Shown piece by piece: positions 1-10,275 of a stretch of DNA of 64,000 nucleotides. Numbering within the stretch: the first letter of the stretch is position 1; every line of letters begins with the position of its first letter. The notes beneath the pieces were generated by a model. It was not told the origin of the DNA. It saw nothing but the letters and a program-made list of their open reading frames with translations, and did not search any database. Source of the DNA: an uncultured Chloroflexia bacterium (GTDB lineage: Bacteria; Chloroflexota; Limnocylindria; Limnocylindrales; CSP1-4); NCBI GenBank assembly GCA_963712745.1, contig CAVQJC010000017.1, positions 352,001-416,000 on the forward strand, in the 5' to 3' direction. Made by a program: the position numbers and the translations under genes.

Positions 1-2
1 TC

Positions 3-1436
3 GTCTTCCTGGCCATCCTGATCATCGCCCTGTTCATCCCCGTCTACTGGTTCTACGAGAACGGGGTGTCCGCACTCGGCACCGATGGGCGCCTGGCTGC
101 GGAGGCGCAGGATCAGTACGTCACCGACGTCGCTCGTGGCTACGAGCTGTACCTGGCCAACTGCGCCGAATGCCACGGCGACAACGGCCAGGGCGGCGTG
201 GGCCCCAGGCTCAACGACCAGGCCAAGCTCTACAACGTGCTGACCCCTGCCGGCCTCCCCGGATCGGGCCACCTCAACCCCGACTACCTCGACAACGTCC
301 TGACCGTGGGCGGTCGCTACGTGTGTGGTGACCCCGACAGCCTGATGGCTGCCTGGAAGCAGCCCGACGGCCCGCTCAACTACCGCCAGGTGGAGGAGCT
401 CATCACCTGGGTCACGGCCAGCTCGGACGTCGTCTTCGAGCGCCACGTCGTGTCGCATGGTGAGGGCGCCGGGGATCAGGGCGAGCCCGAGTTCGTCTCC
501 GGCTGGCGCGACCCCGACTGGGAGCCGGGACCCGAGGACACGCCCCCACCGGCATGCTGGAAGGCCCCCGCTGGTCTCGTTCCCGGTACCGTCGATTCCG
601 CAGGCACGACCACCACTACCGATGGCGGCACCACCGCGCCGCTGGCCGGTGGCACGCCCGAGGAACCGCGGGTCATCAACATCACCGCCAACGCAGCGCT
701 GCAATTCCTCGACGAGAGCGGCGCGCCCTTGACCAGCATCGAGGCGGTGCCCGGTGAGACCATCGAGTTCGTGGTCGACAACACCGCCGGCTTCGACCAC
801 AACTTCTTCATCGGCACCCCCGACGAGTTGCAGGTGCCGTTCGGGACCACCGACTCCGGCATCGACACCTGGCAGTCGGGCGAGCAGACGCTGACCTGGA
901 CCGTGCCCGAGTCGGGTGCCGATGGGCTGCAGTTCGCCTGCACCGTGCCCGGCCACTACCAGCCGATGCATGGCGACATCGTGATCGCCGGTGGCGGCGG
1001 TGCGGACAGCACGTCCACGACGGAGACCGCGCCGGCCGGGGACGAGGCTACCGACGCCGTCGATGCGCCCTCGTCGGGAGCTGCCACCGGTGGCACGCCC
1101 GAGGAACCGCGGGTCATCAACATCACCGCCAACGCAGCGCTGCAGTTCCTCGACGAGAGCGGCGCGCCCTTGACCAGCATCGAGGCGGTGCCCGGTGAGA
1201 CCATCGAGTTCGTGGTCGACAACACCGCCGGCTTCGACCACAACTTCTTCATCGGCACCCCCGACGAGTTGCAGGTGCCGTTCGGGACCACCGACTCCGG
1301 CATCGACACCTGGCAGTCGGGCGAGCAGACGCTGACCTGGACCGTGCCCGAGTCGGGTGCCGATGGGCTGCAGTTCGCCTGCACCGTGCCCGGCCACTAC
1401 CAGCCGATGCATGGCGACATCGTGATCACGAGCTAG
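3..1436 (+). CDS. Membrane-anchored cytochrome c fused to two cupredoxin (auracyanin/plastocyanin-like) domains; 5' end lies outside the window
   Basis: The frame is open from base 3 (VFLAILIIALFIPVYWF transmembrane segment). It has a heme motif CAECH and two copies of HNF...CTVPGHYQPM type-1 copper ligands. Confidence 0.85.
   Translation, partial: VFLAILIIALFIPVYWFYENGVSALGTDGRLAAEAQDQYVTDVARGYELYLANCAECHGDNGQGGVGPRLNDQAKLYNVLTPAGLPGSGHLNPDYLDNVLTVGGRYVCGDPDSLMAAWKQPDGPLNYRQVEELITWVTASSDVVFERHVVSHGEGAGDQGEPEFVSGWRDPDWEPGPEDTPPPACWKAPAGLVPGTVDSAGTTTTTDGGTTAPLAGGTPEEPRVINITANAALQFLDESGAPLTSIEAVPGETIEFVVDNTAGFDHNFFIGTPDELQVPFGTTDSGIDTWQSGEQTLTWTVPESGADGLQFACTVPGHYQPMHGDIVIAGGGGADSTSTTETAPAGDEATDAVDAPSSGAATGGTPEEPRVINITANAALQFLDESGAPLTSIEAVPGETIEFVVDNTAGFDHNFFIGTPDELQVPFGTTDSGIDTWQSGEQTLTWTVPESGADGLQFACTVPGHYQPMHGDIVITS
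646..1427 (+). repeat. Intragenic direct duplication of the cupredoxin domain (646-986 and 1087-1427)
   Basis: Two 341-bp copies offset by 441 bp. Only one synonymous difference was seen (CAA vs CAG). Confidence 0.9.
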
Positions 1437-1450
1437 GGCAGGGAGAGGAC

Positions 1451-2954
1451 GTGGCACAGCAAGCACTCCCACAGGGCGCCACCCGCCGCCGAGTAGCCTT
1501 CGGGCTGCTGGACGCGGATGGCTGGACCTGGGCCGGGCTGAAGGCGACCTTCTGGTTCCTGTTCATCATCTTCATGCTCGGCGTCGTGCCCAACTGGGCC
1601 TACTACTTCACCACCAGCGAGACCATCACCGTCGGCTACAACTTCGCCTCGATCGTCAATCTCTGTCCGGCCGACAACGAGGATACTACCCTGTCCGGCC
1701 CCGGCCGGGGCGACGAAGCCCTGGCAGCCCTCGCCAGAGCAGCTGGCCCTGCCTGCCGCCCGCTCGGGCTCGTCGGTCTTCCAGAGCGGCTCGACCGTCT
1801 ACCTCATCGGCGGTGCCGTGGACGGCACCGCCACCGACGAGGTGCTCGTGACCGAGGTCACCGAGGAGGGCAACCTCACCGGCTGGACCGCGGGACCGGC
1901 CCTGCCGCAGCCACGCACCGGCGCGGCGGTCGGCATGTACACGGGCGTGCCCTTCGTGATGGGCGGCCTCGATGAGGCCGGCCAGCCCACCGCCACCGTC
2001 TACAAGGGCGTAGTGGAAGAGGGTCTGCTCACCGACTGGGTCCTGGCTGACGGCGAGAACCGCACCGACGAGCTGACGCTGCCCCAGCCACTAAGCGGCG
2101 CCTCGGTGGTGCCCGGCACCAGCGGTTTCATGCTGCTGGGCGGACGCGACGCCAACGGACAGCCGACCAACGGTGTTCACGTGGCCTGGGTCGACGAGGT
2201 CAGCGGCGGCGATCGGCTCCTCGCCTGGGAGCCGCTGGACCCCAACCTCGCTCTGCCGGAGCCACGCACCGGGGCCGTCGCGGCCGCGATCGCGGATTTC
2301 ATCTACGTCATCGGTGGAGAGGGCCCCGATGGCCCCACCGACACCGTCTTCCGCCTGGAGGTCAACGGGCGAGAACCGGCCACCAACGAGGCCGGCGACC
2401 TCGACGGCTGGGCCGTGGCGCCAGAGGACCTGGCGCTGCCGGAGCCGCGCGCCGGGGCCACCATGTTCAGCGCCAATGGCGCGGTCCACGTCATCGGCGG
2501 TTATGGTGCCGAAGGAGTGCCCCAGGAGTCGATGCTGTGGGCCGTGCCGGACACGGGCACCGGAGACTACGACAGCTGGCAGCGCCTCGAGCAGACGGAC
2601 CTGCCCATCGGCACCGCGGCCGCACCCGTCGTCGGCGTCGGTTCGCACGCGTTCATCTTCGGCGGCGAGACGCCTGACGGCACCACCGACGGATCGCTGC
2701 GCTCGGCCATCTCCCCGCGGCCGCCGTTCTTCCAGCTCGGCATCGCCGGTGCCACCATCCCAGGTCTTGCCATCAAGGGCGAGGTGGGACAGCAGCTTGG
2801 CTACCTCATCGCCATGGGTGTGGGCATGACGAACTTCATCATCCTCATCATCATCGGCGTGGCCTTCAGCCGCCCGGAGTCCAGCAAGCGGGTGCTGTCG
2901 CGCCTGTCCGGTGGCCGGCTGCCGATGCCGGAGGAGGAACGCTACCGCTCCTAG
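1451..2954 (+). CDS. Kelch-repeat membrane protein, interrupted by a one-base frameshift near 1685
   Basis: Removing one base at gaggatActaccc joins ORF 1451-1975 to ORF 1818-2954 (NEDLPCPAPAGATKPWQPSPEQLALPAARSG...YLIGG). It has repeated LPxPR...GG Kelch motifs and N- and C-terminal TM helices. Confidence 0.75.
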
Positions 2955-3044
2955 CGCGGTGGCGGGGGTAGCGGCCCGGTTCGTGTGCGGTGGCCTCGTG
3001 GCGTTGTCGCGTGCTCCGCTTCCACTCCCGTCGATCCTCCGGCC

Positions 3045-4262
3045 TCAGTCCACGCGGCGGTAGGCCACCAGTCGGGCGGTACCTGCGTCGTCCACGAGCA
3101 CCGGTCGGAGACCGCCATCCGCGACGGCTGTGTCGCGCACGACGAGGATGCCACCCGACTCGAGGAGGACGCCGAGGTCGGTCGCCGCTCTCCCGGGCGC
3201 GATGACCAGGCGGTAGTGAGCGGCCGGTAGCCTTCGGGATTCGGTGGCCTCGAGGACGAGCCAGTCGAAGCCCGCAGGCATCGCAGCGTCCGGCGGCGGG
3301 CCCAGCCAGGCCGCGACTCCGCCCGGGGCCATGGCCGCAGCGTTCGCCACGAAGGCTTGCCAGCGCTGCTCTGCCATGCGTGCGGCTTCCAGCCCGGCCC
3401 GCTCCCAGTCGTCGATGGCGCGACGCACCGGCTCCAGAGCGGGGCCGCTCGCCCCGTCGAGCATGGCGATGGCGCCCGCACCCGCGTCGAGCCAGCCGGC
3501 AACCTCGCCGGGCTCGCGGGTGAGCCCGCCCCACGCGATGTCGCCCTCAGTGGCCGCGATCCGCCTGGCCACCGGCGGGGCCAGCAGCAGGCGCTCCACG
3601 CCGTTGACGCGAGACCATTCGAGCCAACCCTCGAGGCTTGATCGCGCCAGTGTCTCGGCGCCCAGGGAGGCCCACACCGGGAGTCCGGCCTCGACGGCTT
3701 CGACGATGGCGAGGCGGATCCCGTCTGCTGGGCCTCGGCCCTCGACGAGCAGGAGGTCGGGCTCGGCCTCGGCCAGGATGCCCGCCTGGTCCCGGTAGTC
3801 ACGCTGTGTGGCCGCCTCGCGCGGCAGGATGCGACCGGTGCCCGGGTCGGGGTCGTGGCCCAGCACCGGCAGGCAGGCGGCAACCTGAGGCACCGGCCGC
3901 GCCAGTGGTGGCTCGTGGCCCTGAACCTGGCCCTGAACCTCGCCCTCATCCTGGCGCGGGCCCTCCGTCCGGCGCTCCAGCCCGGCCTCCACGCCCTCGC
4001 GGGCCACGTTCACCGCGTCGGCCGTCCAGACAGCAGCACGGCGCGTCTCAGCCAGGGGCAGGAGCGCCCGGCGATGCGTCAGCCAGGTGGGGGCTACGAC
4101 GACATCGGCCCCGGCCGACACCTGGTCGGCGATGCGCTCGCGAGCTGTGGCGCGGTCGCGCACATGCAGCGGCAGATACCAGTCGGCATCGTCGGGATCG
4201 GTCCGCGCCGGGATGCGCTCGGGCCCGACCGACCCGGCGAGAAGGAGGCGACGCAGTGCCAT
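3045..4262 (-). CDS. Homocysteine S-methyltransferase-like (HMT fold) protein, degenerate
   Basis: Motifs AGADVVVAPTW, AVNVARE and YRDQAGILAEAEPDLLLVE resemble the HMT domain. The GGCCG zinc motif is absent. Start taken at MALRR. Confidence 0.55.
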   Translation of the reverse strand: MALRRLLLAGSVGPERIPARTDPDDADWYLPLHVRDRATARERIADQVSAGADVVVAPTWLTHRRALLPLAETRRAAVWTADAVNVAREGVEAGLERRTEGPRQDEGEVQGQVQGHEPPLARPVPQVAACLPVLGHDPDPGTGRILPREAATQRDYRDQAGILAEAEPDLLLVEGRGPADGIRLAIVEAVEAGLPVWASLGAETLARSSLEGWLEWSRVNGVERLLLAPPVARRIAATEGDIAWGGLTREPGEVAGWLDAGAGAIAMLDGASGPALEPVRRAIDDWERAGLEAARMAEQRWQAFVANAAAMAPGGVAAWLGPPPDAAMPAGFDWLVLEATESRRLPAAHYRLVIAPGRAATDLGVLLESGGILVVRDTAVADGGLRPVLVDDAGTARLVAYRRVD

Positions 4263-4276
4263 GGCGCCAGGGGAGG

Positions 4277-4651
4277 CTAGAGGTCGCCTTCGCCCGGCTC
4301 CGGCTCGCCACTCGAGGTCGGCAAGCCGGCTCCATGCCAGGCCACGATGCCACCGCTCACGTTGCTCACGTTCTCGAATCCGTTGGCGGCCAGGAACTGC
4401 GTGGCATTGTGGCTGCGGCCGCCGGTGCGGCACATCAGTAGCAGCTCGCGGTCGCGCGGCAGGTCCTTGACTCGGCCATTCAGCCGGCCCAGCGGGAGCA
4501 GCACTGCGCCCTTGGCCCGGATCTGCATGTACTCGTTGGGCTCGCGCACGTCGATGATGAGCGCGCCCCCGTCATCGCCCTGCAGTTCCAGGGCCTGCTG
4601 CACGCTGACCGACGGCACACCGCCGCCCATCAGGCTGCGAAAGAACGACAT
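4277..4651 (-). CDS. Rhodanese-like domain protein
   Basis: IIDVREPNEY, catalytic CRTGGRS, GGIVAW. Confidence 0.9.
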   Translation of the reverse strand: MSFFRSLMGGGVPSVSVQQALELQGDDGGALIIDVREPNEYMQIRAKGAVLLPLGRLNGRVKDLPRDRELLLMCRTGGRSHNATQFLAANGFENVSNVSGGIVAWHGAGLPTSSGEPEPGEGDL

Positions 4652-4653
4652 CG

Positions 4654-5043
4654 TTACTCCAACTCGATGAGGGGTTTGCGGCCGGCGATCCCGGCGTCGA
4701 GCTCGTGCCACCAGGCGACGTCATCCTCGCCCAGCTTCCAGCACAGCCAGATCGGACGGCCGTTGGCCAGGGCGGGGAAGTCCACCAGCCCTGAGCCGAT
4801 GTCGCGCAGGGTGATGCCCCAGGCATCGATCCGGGCAACGGACCGCTCCATGCGTCGCACGATCTCGGTCATCTGCTCCTGCTCTCGCTCGAGCTGCGCG
4901 CGATCGATGGCGCCGGGCTGCCGCTGCTGGAGCCGCGACTGGGCGGCCGCGATGATGTCGCGGTCGTCGCGCAGCCTCTCGAGCAGCAGGCGAAGTTCCC
5001 CGAGGCGGTCGTTGGCCGCGTCGAGATCGTAGTAGCTGGTCAC
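4654..5043 (-). CDS. DUF2203 family protein
   Basis: GITLRDIGSGLVDFPA...IWLCWKLGE..VAWWHELDAGIAGRKPL. GTG start at 5043. Confidence 0.85.
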   Translation of the reverse strand: MTSYYDLDAANDRLGELRLLLERLRDDRDIIAAAQSRLQQRQPGAIDRAQLEREQEQMTEIVRRMERSVARIDAWGITLRDIGSGLVDFPALANGRPIWLCWKLGEDDVAWWHELDAGIAGRKPLIELE

Positions 5044-5145
5044 GGCGAGAATTCTCGCACGAGCAGCCGTTTCCGCCCGCGGGTCGCCCGGAGCGGCTGC
5101 CGGACCGTCCGAACGAGGGCCACCTCGCTCGGTAGATTCGACCAC

Positions 5146-6321
5146 ATGAGGCTTGCCGGGCGCATGGAACACATCGGGACCGAGTCGGCCTTCGAGGTCG
5201 GAGCCCGGGTTCGTGCCCAGGCGGCGACGGGCCGCGACATCATCAGCCTCCATATCGGCGAGCCCGACTTCGAGACGCCGCCGAACGTGGTCGAGGCCGC
5301 CCAGCGTGCCCTTGCCGAAGGCCACAACCGGTATGCCCCGCCACTCGGCCTGCCCGTCTTTCGCGAAGCCATCGCGGCCGACTTCGGACGCCGCCGCGGG
5401 GTCGCCCCCGGCCCCGACCGCGTCGTCGTCACGCCTGGCGCCAAGCCCGTGCTGTCGTTCGCCCTGATGGCACTGGCGGGACGTGGTGACGAGGTCATCC
5501 TGCCCGACCCGGGCTTCCCCATCTATGCCTCGATGACGCGCTTCCTCGGGGCCACGCCGGTGCCCCTGCCGCTGCGGCCGGGGAACGACTTCCGCCCCGA
5601 CCTCGACGAGCTGCGCGCTCTCATCTCGCCGCGCACGCGGGTGCTCATCATCAACAGCCCCCACAACCCCACCGGAGGCGTCTGGTCGAAGTCGGACCTC
5701 GAGGGCATCGCCGCGGTGGCCATGGCCCATGACCTGGTGGTCATCAGCGACGAGATCTACTCGCGCATCGTCCACGAGGGCGAGCACCATTCGATCCTCG
5801 AGGTCGACGGCATGGACGAGCGAAGCATCGTCCTCGACGGGCTTTCCAAGGCCTACGCCATGGCCGGCTGGCGCGTTGGCTGGGGCATCCTGCCGGAGTC
5901 GCTGGTGGCGCCCTTCGAGCGCGTGCTCATCAACACCGTCTCCTGCACGGCCACCTACGCTCAGCTCGCGGGGGCCGAGGCGCTCAACGGTCCGCAGGCT
6001 GCGGTCGATGCCATGGTGGCCGAGCTGCGCGCGCGTCGGTCGCTCATCGTGGAGGGCCTGGCCTCGTTCCCGGGCGTGGCGGTACCGATGCCGGCGGGCG
6101 CGTTCTACGTTTTCCCAGACGTGAGTGGTACGGGGCTGGACGGCTCCGCCTTCGCCGATCGGCTGCTGGCCGAGGCTGGCGTGAGCGTCCTCGCCGGAAC
6201 GGGCTTCGGCCTGGCGGCGACCGCGGCCGTGCGCGTCTCGTACGCCAACTCGCGTGCCAACCTGTCGCTGGCCCTCGAGCGCATGGCCGCGTTCCTCGCA
6301 GAGCAGGTCGGCAGCACCTAG
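5146..6321 (+). CDS. PLP-dependent class I aminotransferase (aspartate aminotransferase-like)
   Basis: GEPDF, NSPHNPTG, DEIY and SKAYAMAGWRVG (PLP lysine). Confidence 0.93.
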   Translation: MRLAGRMEHIGTESAFEVGARVRAQAATGRDIISLHIGEPDFETPPNVVEAAQRALAEGHNRYAPPLGLPVFREAIAADFGRRRGVAPGPDRVVVTPGAKPVLSFALMALAGRGDEVILPDPGFPIYASMTRFLGATPVPLPLRPGNDFRPDLDELRALISPRTRVLIINSPHNPTGGVWSKSDLEGIAAVAMAHDLVVISDEIYSRIVHEGEHHSILEVDGMDERSIVLDGLSKAYAMAGWRVGWGILPESLVAPFERVLINTVSCTATYAQLAGAEALNGPQAAVDAMVAELRARRSLIVEGLASFPGVAVPMPAGAFYVFPDVSGTGLDGSAFADRLLAEAGVSVLAGTGFGLAATAAVRVSYANSRANLSLALERMAAFLAEQVGST

Positions 6322-6434
6322 CCGGACCTGCGGGCCAGCGACACGAGCACCAGTGCGGTCATGGTCGCCGCATCCAGGTCGTCGGTCCAGGCTCTCCGGG
6401 CACGATCCGGCCGGGCGCTCGTAGACTTGGCGGC

Positions 6435-6776
6435 GTGATCGTCATCCGCGTGGCCGGCCTCTTCTTCGCGCTCGTGCAGATCACGCTGGCCCTGCGCCTG
6501 GCCCTGCCCTTCCTGGAGGTGCCCGAGGGCCTGGCCGAATACGTCCCCGGGCTCATCGAGCTCACCGACCTGTGGCTGGCGCCCGTCGAGGCCGTGGCCG
6601 ACCGTTTCGAGATCAACGGGGTCGCCGGCGAGATCGTGGAGGTGGGCGATGCCACCATCAGCGGCCCCGAGGAGTTCGAGCCGATGGTCATAGCGGCCAT
6701 GCTCTTCTGGGCTGTGCTGGCCTGGTTCTCGCTCTTCGTCCTGCGGCTGATCTTCCGTCCGGCCGGGGGCAGGTAG
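6435..6776 (+). CDS. Small two-TM membrane protein (YggT-like)
   Basis: Two hydrophobic helices; LTDLWLAP motif resembles YggT; GC3-rich codon use. Confidence 0.5.
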   Translation: MIVIRVAGLFFALVQITLALRLALPFLEVPEGLAEYVPGLIELTDLWLAPVEAVADRFEINGVAGEIVEVGDATISGPEEFEPMVIAAMLFWAVLAWFSLFVLRLIFRPAGGR

Positions 6777-6889
6777 CAGGCGCAGCACCCGTCCCTTCAC
6801 GCGGCCGGCCTGGCGGACAACTCGTCAGGGGCGGAGCGGTACCTTCGGGTCCGGTTCGGTGCGGTCCCACTGAACGTAACTTGGGTCCG

Positions 6890-8419
6890 ATGGCCCAGCA
6901 TGAGACGCCGGGCGCGTTCGAACGCGTCCAGCAACCCGACCCCACCGCCACGGCTCCGGCGTCCTCTCGCTCCCTGCGCTGGGCCATCAGCCGCGGCCAG
7001 CTGTTCATGCTGCTGGCCTTCTTCCTGCCGGCGGTGGCCTCGCTGCTGGCCCCGGTGCTGACGGGGGACATCTCCTACCAGGTGCGGGCGGGCCAGCTCA
7101 TGTTCGAAGCCGGGCGCGTCATCGACACCGACCCGTTCACCTTCACCGTGGCGGGCGAGCCCTGGGTCAACCAGCAGTGGGGCGCCAGCATCGTCTTCGC
7201 GGCCGTCTACGATCTCGTCGGCTGGACCGGCCTGCTGCTCATGCGCGCGCTGCTCGTCGGCTCCGCCTTCGCGCTCGTCTACGCCGCCAACCGCGCGACC
7301 GGCGCCAACCGCATCGTCTCCTCGCTGGTGATGCTGGGCATGTTCGTGGTGGCCGCCACCAACCTGGCCCTACGTTCGCAGATGTTCGGGGTCGTCGGTT
7401 TCGCGGCCGTCGTGGCTCTCCTCGCCTGGCGGCACAAGCATCCTCGCCTGATGTGGCTGATCCCGCTGATCATGATCGCCTGGGCCAACACCCACGGTTC
7501 GTTCTTCATGGGCTGGCTGGCCATCGGACTGGCCGCGCTGGAGGACCTGGTGGCACGGCGACGGCTGGCCGTACAGACCATCGTCGTGGGCGTGGTCTCG
7601 GTGCTGGTCACACTCATCCACCCCTGGGGCGTGGAGATGTGGGCATACGTGGTGGAGCTCTCCTCCAACTCGCTCATCTCTGCGCTGGTGAGCGAGTGGC
7701 AGCCATCGACGCTCCAGACACCCACCGGCATCTTCTTCTTCGCCTCGCTGGCGGTCATGATCCTGTTGCTTCTCGTGCGCGGCCGCGTCATCTCGTGGCT
7801 CCAGCTGGCCTGGCTGGCCGGGCTCGCGCTGCTGAGCCTGATGGCGGTGCGCAACGTGGTCTGGTGGGCCATCGGTGCCGCGCCCATCCTGGCTATCCTC
7901 GTGAGCGGCCTCGAGTTCCGCGGGAGGCGCCTGGGCGATCCTGTCTTCGACGAACCCCGGGGCGCGGGCTACACCGCCATCGCCGGCCTGGCCGGGGTGA
8001 TGGCCCTGCTGGTGCTGCCCATCTGGCGGCCGATCGACCCGCTCTATGGACCCGAGAACGTCGTGCGCTACGCCCCCCGCGGCGTGACCGAGACCCTGCG
8101 CGCCGAAGCCACGACCGGCGACAGGCTCCTGGCCGATCAGCAGTGGGGTTCCTGGTTCGAGCTCGCGCTGCCGGGCGTGCCAGTGATGGTCGACACGCGC
8201 ATCGAGCTCTTCGACGCGGAGGTTTGGGGCGACTACCTGCATGTCCAGGGCGGACGCGAGGACTGGGCCGATATCCTCGACCGCTGGGGCGTCACGTTCG
8301 TGGCGGCCGACGCCGCCAACCGGCAGTTGCTGCCGTTCATCGAGGCGCACCCGGGCTGGGAGTTGCTGCACGAGGACGCGGAGGGCCTCGTCTACCGGCG
8401 CGTGGAGCCGCGGGCCTAG
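6890..8419 (+). CDS. Polytopic membrane protein, probable GT-C fold glycosyltransferase
   Basis: About 11 TM helices; GDISYQVRAG..DPFTFT..W, WANTHGSF, SEWQP and VMVDTRIELF motifs. Confidence 0.6.
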   Translation: MAQHETPGAFERVQQPDPTATAPASSRSLRWAISRGQLFMLLAFFLPAVASLLAPVLTGDISYQVRAGQLMFEAGRVIDTDPFTFTVAGEPWVNQQWGASIVFAAVYDLVGWTGLLLMRALLVGSAFALVYAANRATGANRIVSSLVMLGMFVVAATNLALRSQMFGVVGFAAVVALLAWRHKHPRLMWLIPLIMIAWANTHGSFFMGWLAIGLAALEDLVARRRLAVQTIVVGVVSVLVTLIHPWGVEMWAYVVELSSNSLISALVSEWQPSTLQTPTGIFFFASLAVMILLLLVRGRVISWLQLAWLAGLALLSLMAVRNVVWWAIGAAPILAILVSGLEFRGRRLGDPVFDEPRGAGYTAIAGLAGVMALLVLPIWRPIDPLYGPENVVRYAPRGVTETLRAEATTGDRLLADQQWGSWFELALPGVPVMVDTRIELFDAEVWGDYLHVQGGREDWADILDRWGVTFVAADAANRQLLPFIEAHPGWELLHEDAEGLVYRRVEPRA

Positions 8420-8424
8420 ACAGG

Positions 8425-8952
8425 CTAGATGCTGGTCTGGCTGAGGATCTGCTTGAGTTCCGCGGTGTACGTCCGACCGGCCATCGTGCGGCTCAGCCAC
8501 TCGAGGTAGTTGCGGTCGTAGGCGGCGACCTGTGAGATCGACCAGCCGCGGTATCGGCCGAAGGAGAGCACGCTGCCCGCGGCGACCGGGTAGCGCGGCG
8601 GCGGGCCCGCCTCGCCGTACTGGGCCGAGGCTGGCGTCGGCTCCATCTGTGGGCGCACCGTCCATCCGCCACCGTCGTATTTCAGGTTGGTCGCGCCGGG
8701 CATCGACTGGCGGGCATGGCCGACCAGCTCGCCGTCCTTGGACTTGCCGATGATCTCGTCGTAGCGAGCGCGCTTCTCCCCGTTGCTGAGGATGGCGTAG
8801 GCCTCGTTGATCTGGGCCATCTTCTCGGAGCCTTCGGGGCCGGCATGGTCCGGGTGGTACTGCTTGGCCAGCGCCCGATACGCCGCGTTGATCACTTCGA
8901 TCGTCGCGCTGGGGTGCAGCATCAGTACTTCGTACAGTGTTCGCTCAGCCAT
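8425..8952 (-). CDS. J-domain (DnaJ-like) protein with C-terminal FGRYRG..YLEWL module
   Basis: LYEVL, AYRALAKQYHPD (HPD motif), INEAYAILS. Confidence 0.88.
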   Translation of the reverse strand: MAERTLYEVLMLHPSATIEVINAAYRALAKQYHPDHAGPEGSEKMAQINEAYAILSNGEKRARYDEIIGKSKDGELVGHARQSMPGATNLKYDGGGWTVRPQMEPTPASAQYGEAGPPPRYPVAAGSVLSFGRYRGWSISQVAAYDRNYLEWLSRTMAGRTYTAELKQILSQTSI

Positions 8953-9171
8953 GTATGTCGACTCTAGACGGCCACCTACGACCGTCGTACTAACCCTTTG
9001 GTCCCACGCCCATCGCACCGCGCCGGTGCCAACCGTACCGGGTGGTGCGTCCTGTCAACACGAGGTCACACCAGCGAAGGTGTCAAAGACTCAGCAGTCC
9101 TGTGGATGTTTCCGTGCTTCGGTCACGGGCGGTCTGGCTGAAGTTGGCGAAGGGATGGCCGGGGCGACGTC

Positions 9172-10275
9172 CTAGGACAGCCCATCCCATTCGACGACGC
9201 CGACGAACTCGTCGACGAGGGCGGCGTCGAACTGCCGACCGCGCTCCTGGCGCAATTCGCTCACAGCCTCGGTGATCGAAAGCGGATCCCGGTAGGGACG
9301 GAACTGCGTCATCGCGTCGAAGGCGTCGACGATGCCGATGATGCGGGCTCCTGTGGGGATCTGCTCGCCCACGAGACCGTCCGGATAGCCCTGTCCGTCC
9401 CAGCGCTCGTGGTGGTGGCGGATGATGGGGCCGAGCCGCTCGGCACCCGGGAGCGGCGCCGCGATGCGTTCGCCGATCTCGACATGGCGCCGCACCATCT
9501 CCAGCTCGTCGTCGCTGAGCGGGCCGCGCTTGAGCATGATCGATTCAGAGATGCCGATCCGGCCCAGGTCATGGAGCAGGATGCTATAGGCCACCGCCTG
9601 CAGGTCGGCCGAGGAGAGACCGACGCGCCGGCCCAGCTCCGCGGCCCAGCGTCCGATGCGCTCGGTGTGATTCTGGATGTCGGCATCGCGTGCGTTCATC
9701 TCCTGTGCGAGCGTGGTGATGACGCGGTGCGCTGCCTCCATGCCCAGCAGTGCACGCCGCATGCGCAGGGCTGCCTTGATGCGTGCCAGCAACACGTACG
9801 GGTCGACAGGTTTCATGACCACGTCGTCCGCGCCCTCGCTGAGGGTGGCCATGGCGGTGTCGTGGTGGGTGGGGCTGCTCAGGATGACGATGGGCAGATC
9901 CTGGTAGCGCCGATCACGGTGGACCTTGCGCATGAGGTCAGTGCCACCGGCATCGCCCACACTCATGTCCAGCAGGACCACGTCGATGGCGTGGGCCTCG
10001 AGCGCCTGGAGCACGCCGTCGCCGGTGGTCTCTATGACGGTGTCGTAGCCGTCCTGCTGCAGGACGGAGGCGATGACACGCTGGCTCATCACGTCACGGT
10101 CCGCGACCAGGACTCGGGCGCTGCCGAGGTCGAGCGCGGCAGCGGTCTTGCCGCCGGGCGCGGCCGCTGCATTCGCGAGCGCGGCTGTCATCTCAGGGCT
10201 GCCAGTCAGGTTCACGCCAGTGGGGATGCCGGACGCCTGGCGCGCACCTAGGGCCGATCGCAGGGCGGAAGTCAT
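9172..10275 (-). CDS. Response regulator receiver + HD-GYP cyclic-dinucleotide phosphodiesterase
   Basis: REC domain (LLDMSV, KP), LLHDLG and HHERWDGQGYP. Start codon uncertain. Confidence 0.9.
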   Translation of the reverse strand: MTSALRSALGARQASGIPTGVNLTGSPEMTAALANAAAAPGGKTAAALDLGSARVLVADRDVMSQRVIASVLQQDGYDTVIETTGDGVLQALEAHAIDVVLLDMSVGDAGGTDLMRKVHRDRRYQDLPIVILSSPTHHDTAMATLSEGADDVVMKPVDPYVLLARIKAALRMRRALLGMEAAHRVITTLAQEMNARDADIQNHTERIGRWAAELGRRVGLSSADLQAVAYSILLHDLGRIGISESIMLKRGPLSDDELEMVRRHVEIGERIAAPLPGAERLGPIIRHHHERWDGQGYPDGLVGEQIPTGARIIGIVDAFDAMTQFRPYRDPLSITEAVSELRQERGRQFDAALVDEFVGVVEWDGLS

